64,000 nucleotides of DNA, taken from assembly GCF_006345805.1 (NCBI RefSeq), contig NC_043002.1, positions 93,496,001 through 93,560,000 on the forward strand, in the 5' to 3' direction. The position numbers and the translations under genes are program-made. This DNA comes from Octopus sinensis (Eukaryota). The notes under the pieces are model-generated. The model did no database searches. It was given only the letters and a program-made list of their open reading frames with translations, and was not told the DNA's origin. Below are positions 63,467 through 64,000 of the stretch, piece after piece (the stretch's first letter is position 1; every line of letters starts with the position of its first letter).

Positions 63467-64000
63467 TCATGAGTTCAATTGCTACACCATGTGATGATGC
63501 AGTGTGCTCTTTGGCCAGGTGCTCCATTTCATTTTGCTCCAGTTTTCTCAGCCTTGTATTGGGTATAGCCTTTTCATTATCCAACTGTTTCATCCTGGAT
63601 GCTCCACTGCACCAAATGGTGGAAGGTTGAGTGTGTGTTGATGTCTGCCCATGACTACACAATCAATGTATTACAGATGCTACTATTAACACTTAAAACT
63701 ATTGGCCAAAGTATTGTAGATGCTACCAGTCATACTTATTTATGAGTCACAGGTATGAAAATAATTATTAGCAACAGAGGCAGTATTAGTACCAAAAAGC
63801 AATCTTTATACCCAACTTAATGTGGATGTCTTGTTAGAACATCAAATACATAGACACATGGTGCATAAAAGCATAGATCATAATAGACCATTCTCGTTTG
63901 CTATGATTCATACCTGTGCTTTAATGCACCATGCATCTATATGAGAGGACCTCTCAAGGCTAATACTGCAATATTTAGTGTTCTGACAAGACATCCACAT

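Noticed and set aside
46-63662. Most ORFs in the six-frame track (Ile/Tyr/His/Thr/Cys/Val-rich, poly-N, poly-S, poly-I)
   Set aside because: They are translations of microsatellites and SINEs, often start at non-ATG codons, and similar peptides recur wherever the repeat recurs.
63675-63750. Possible next RhoGAP exon (acag...cag|gtatga)
   Set aside because: In-frame TAA in the required phase and no similarity to the expected GAP helices; remaining exons are probably beyond 64000.

Overview
AT-rich, repeat-dense eukaryotic genomic DNA. The SINE/MITE repertoire looks like an octopus (coleoid cephalopod) genome; this is an inference from recognition, not a database search. One gene spans the window on the + strand: an ABR/BCR-family RhoGEF(DH)-PH-C2-RhoGAP gene. 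I assembled 21 GT-AG coding exons from 4777 to 62599 (2148 nt, about 716 codons, splice phases consistent, no stops). Both gene ends lie outside the window. Introns contain several tRNA-derived SINE families (labelled A-E here), Tc1/mariner, maT and piggyBac-type remnants and MITEs, RTE-like, R4/Dong-like and Penelope-like retroelement fragments, minisatellites and microsatellites. The most unusual signal is seven minimal hammerhead-ribozyme (HHR) motifs in four unrelated sequence contexts. One has an intact catalytic core (43265-43299, - strand). Another context is a tRNA-headed, SINE-like fold-back element. All have a helix III too short to fold as a monomer, and all five copies on the host-gene sense strand are core-mutated. 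Also notable: six long intronic fold-back hairpins, a candidate hidden alternative 5' end that would delete DH helix 1, and a MITE carrying a 16-copy minisatellite.
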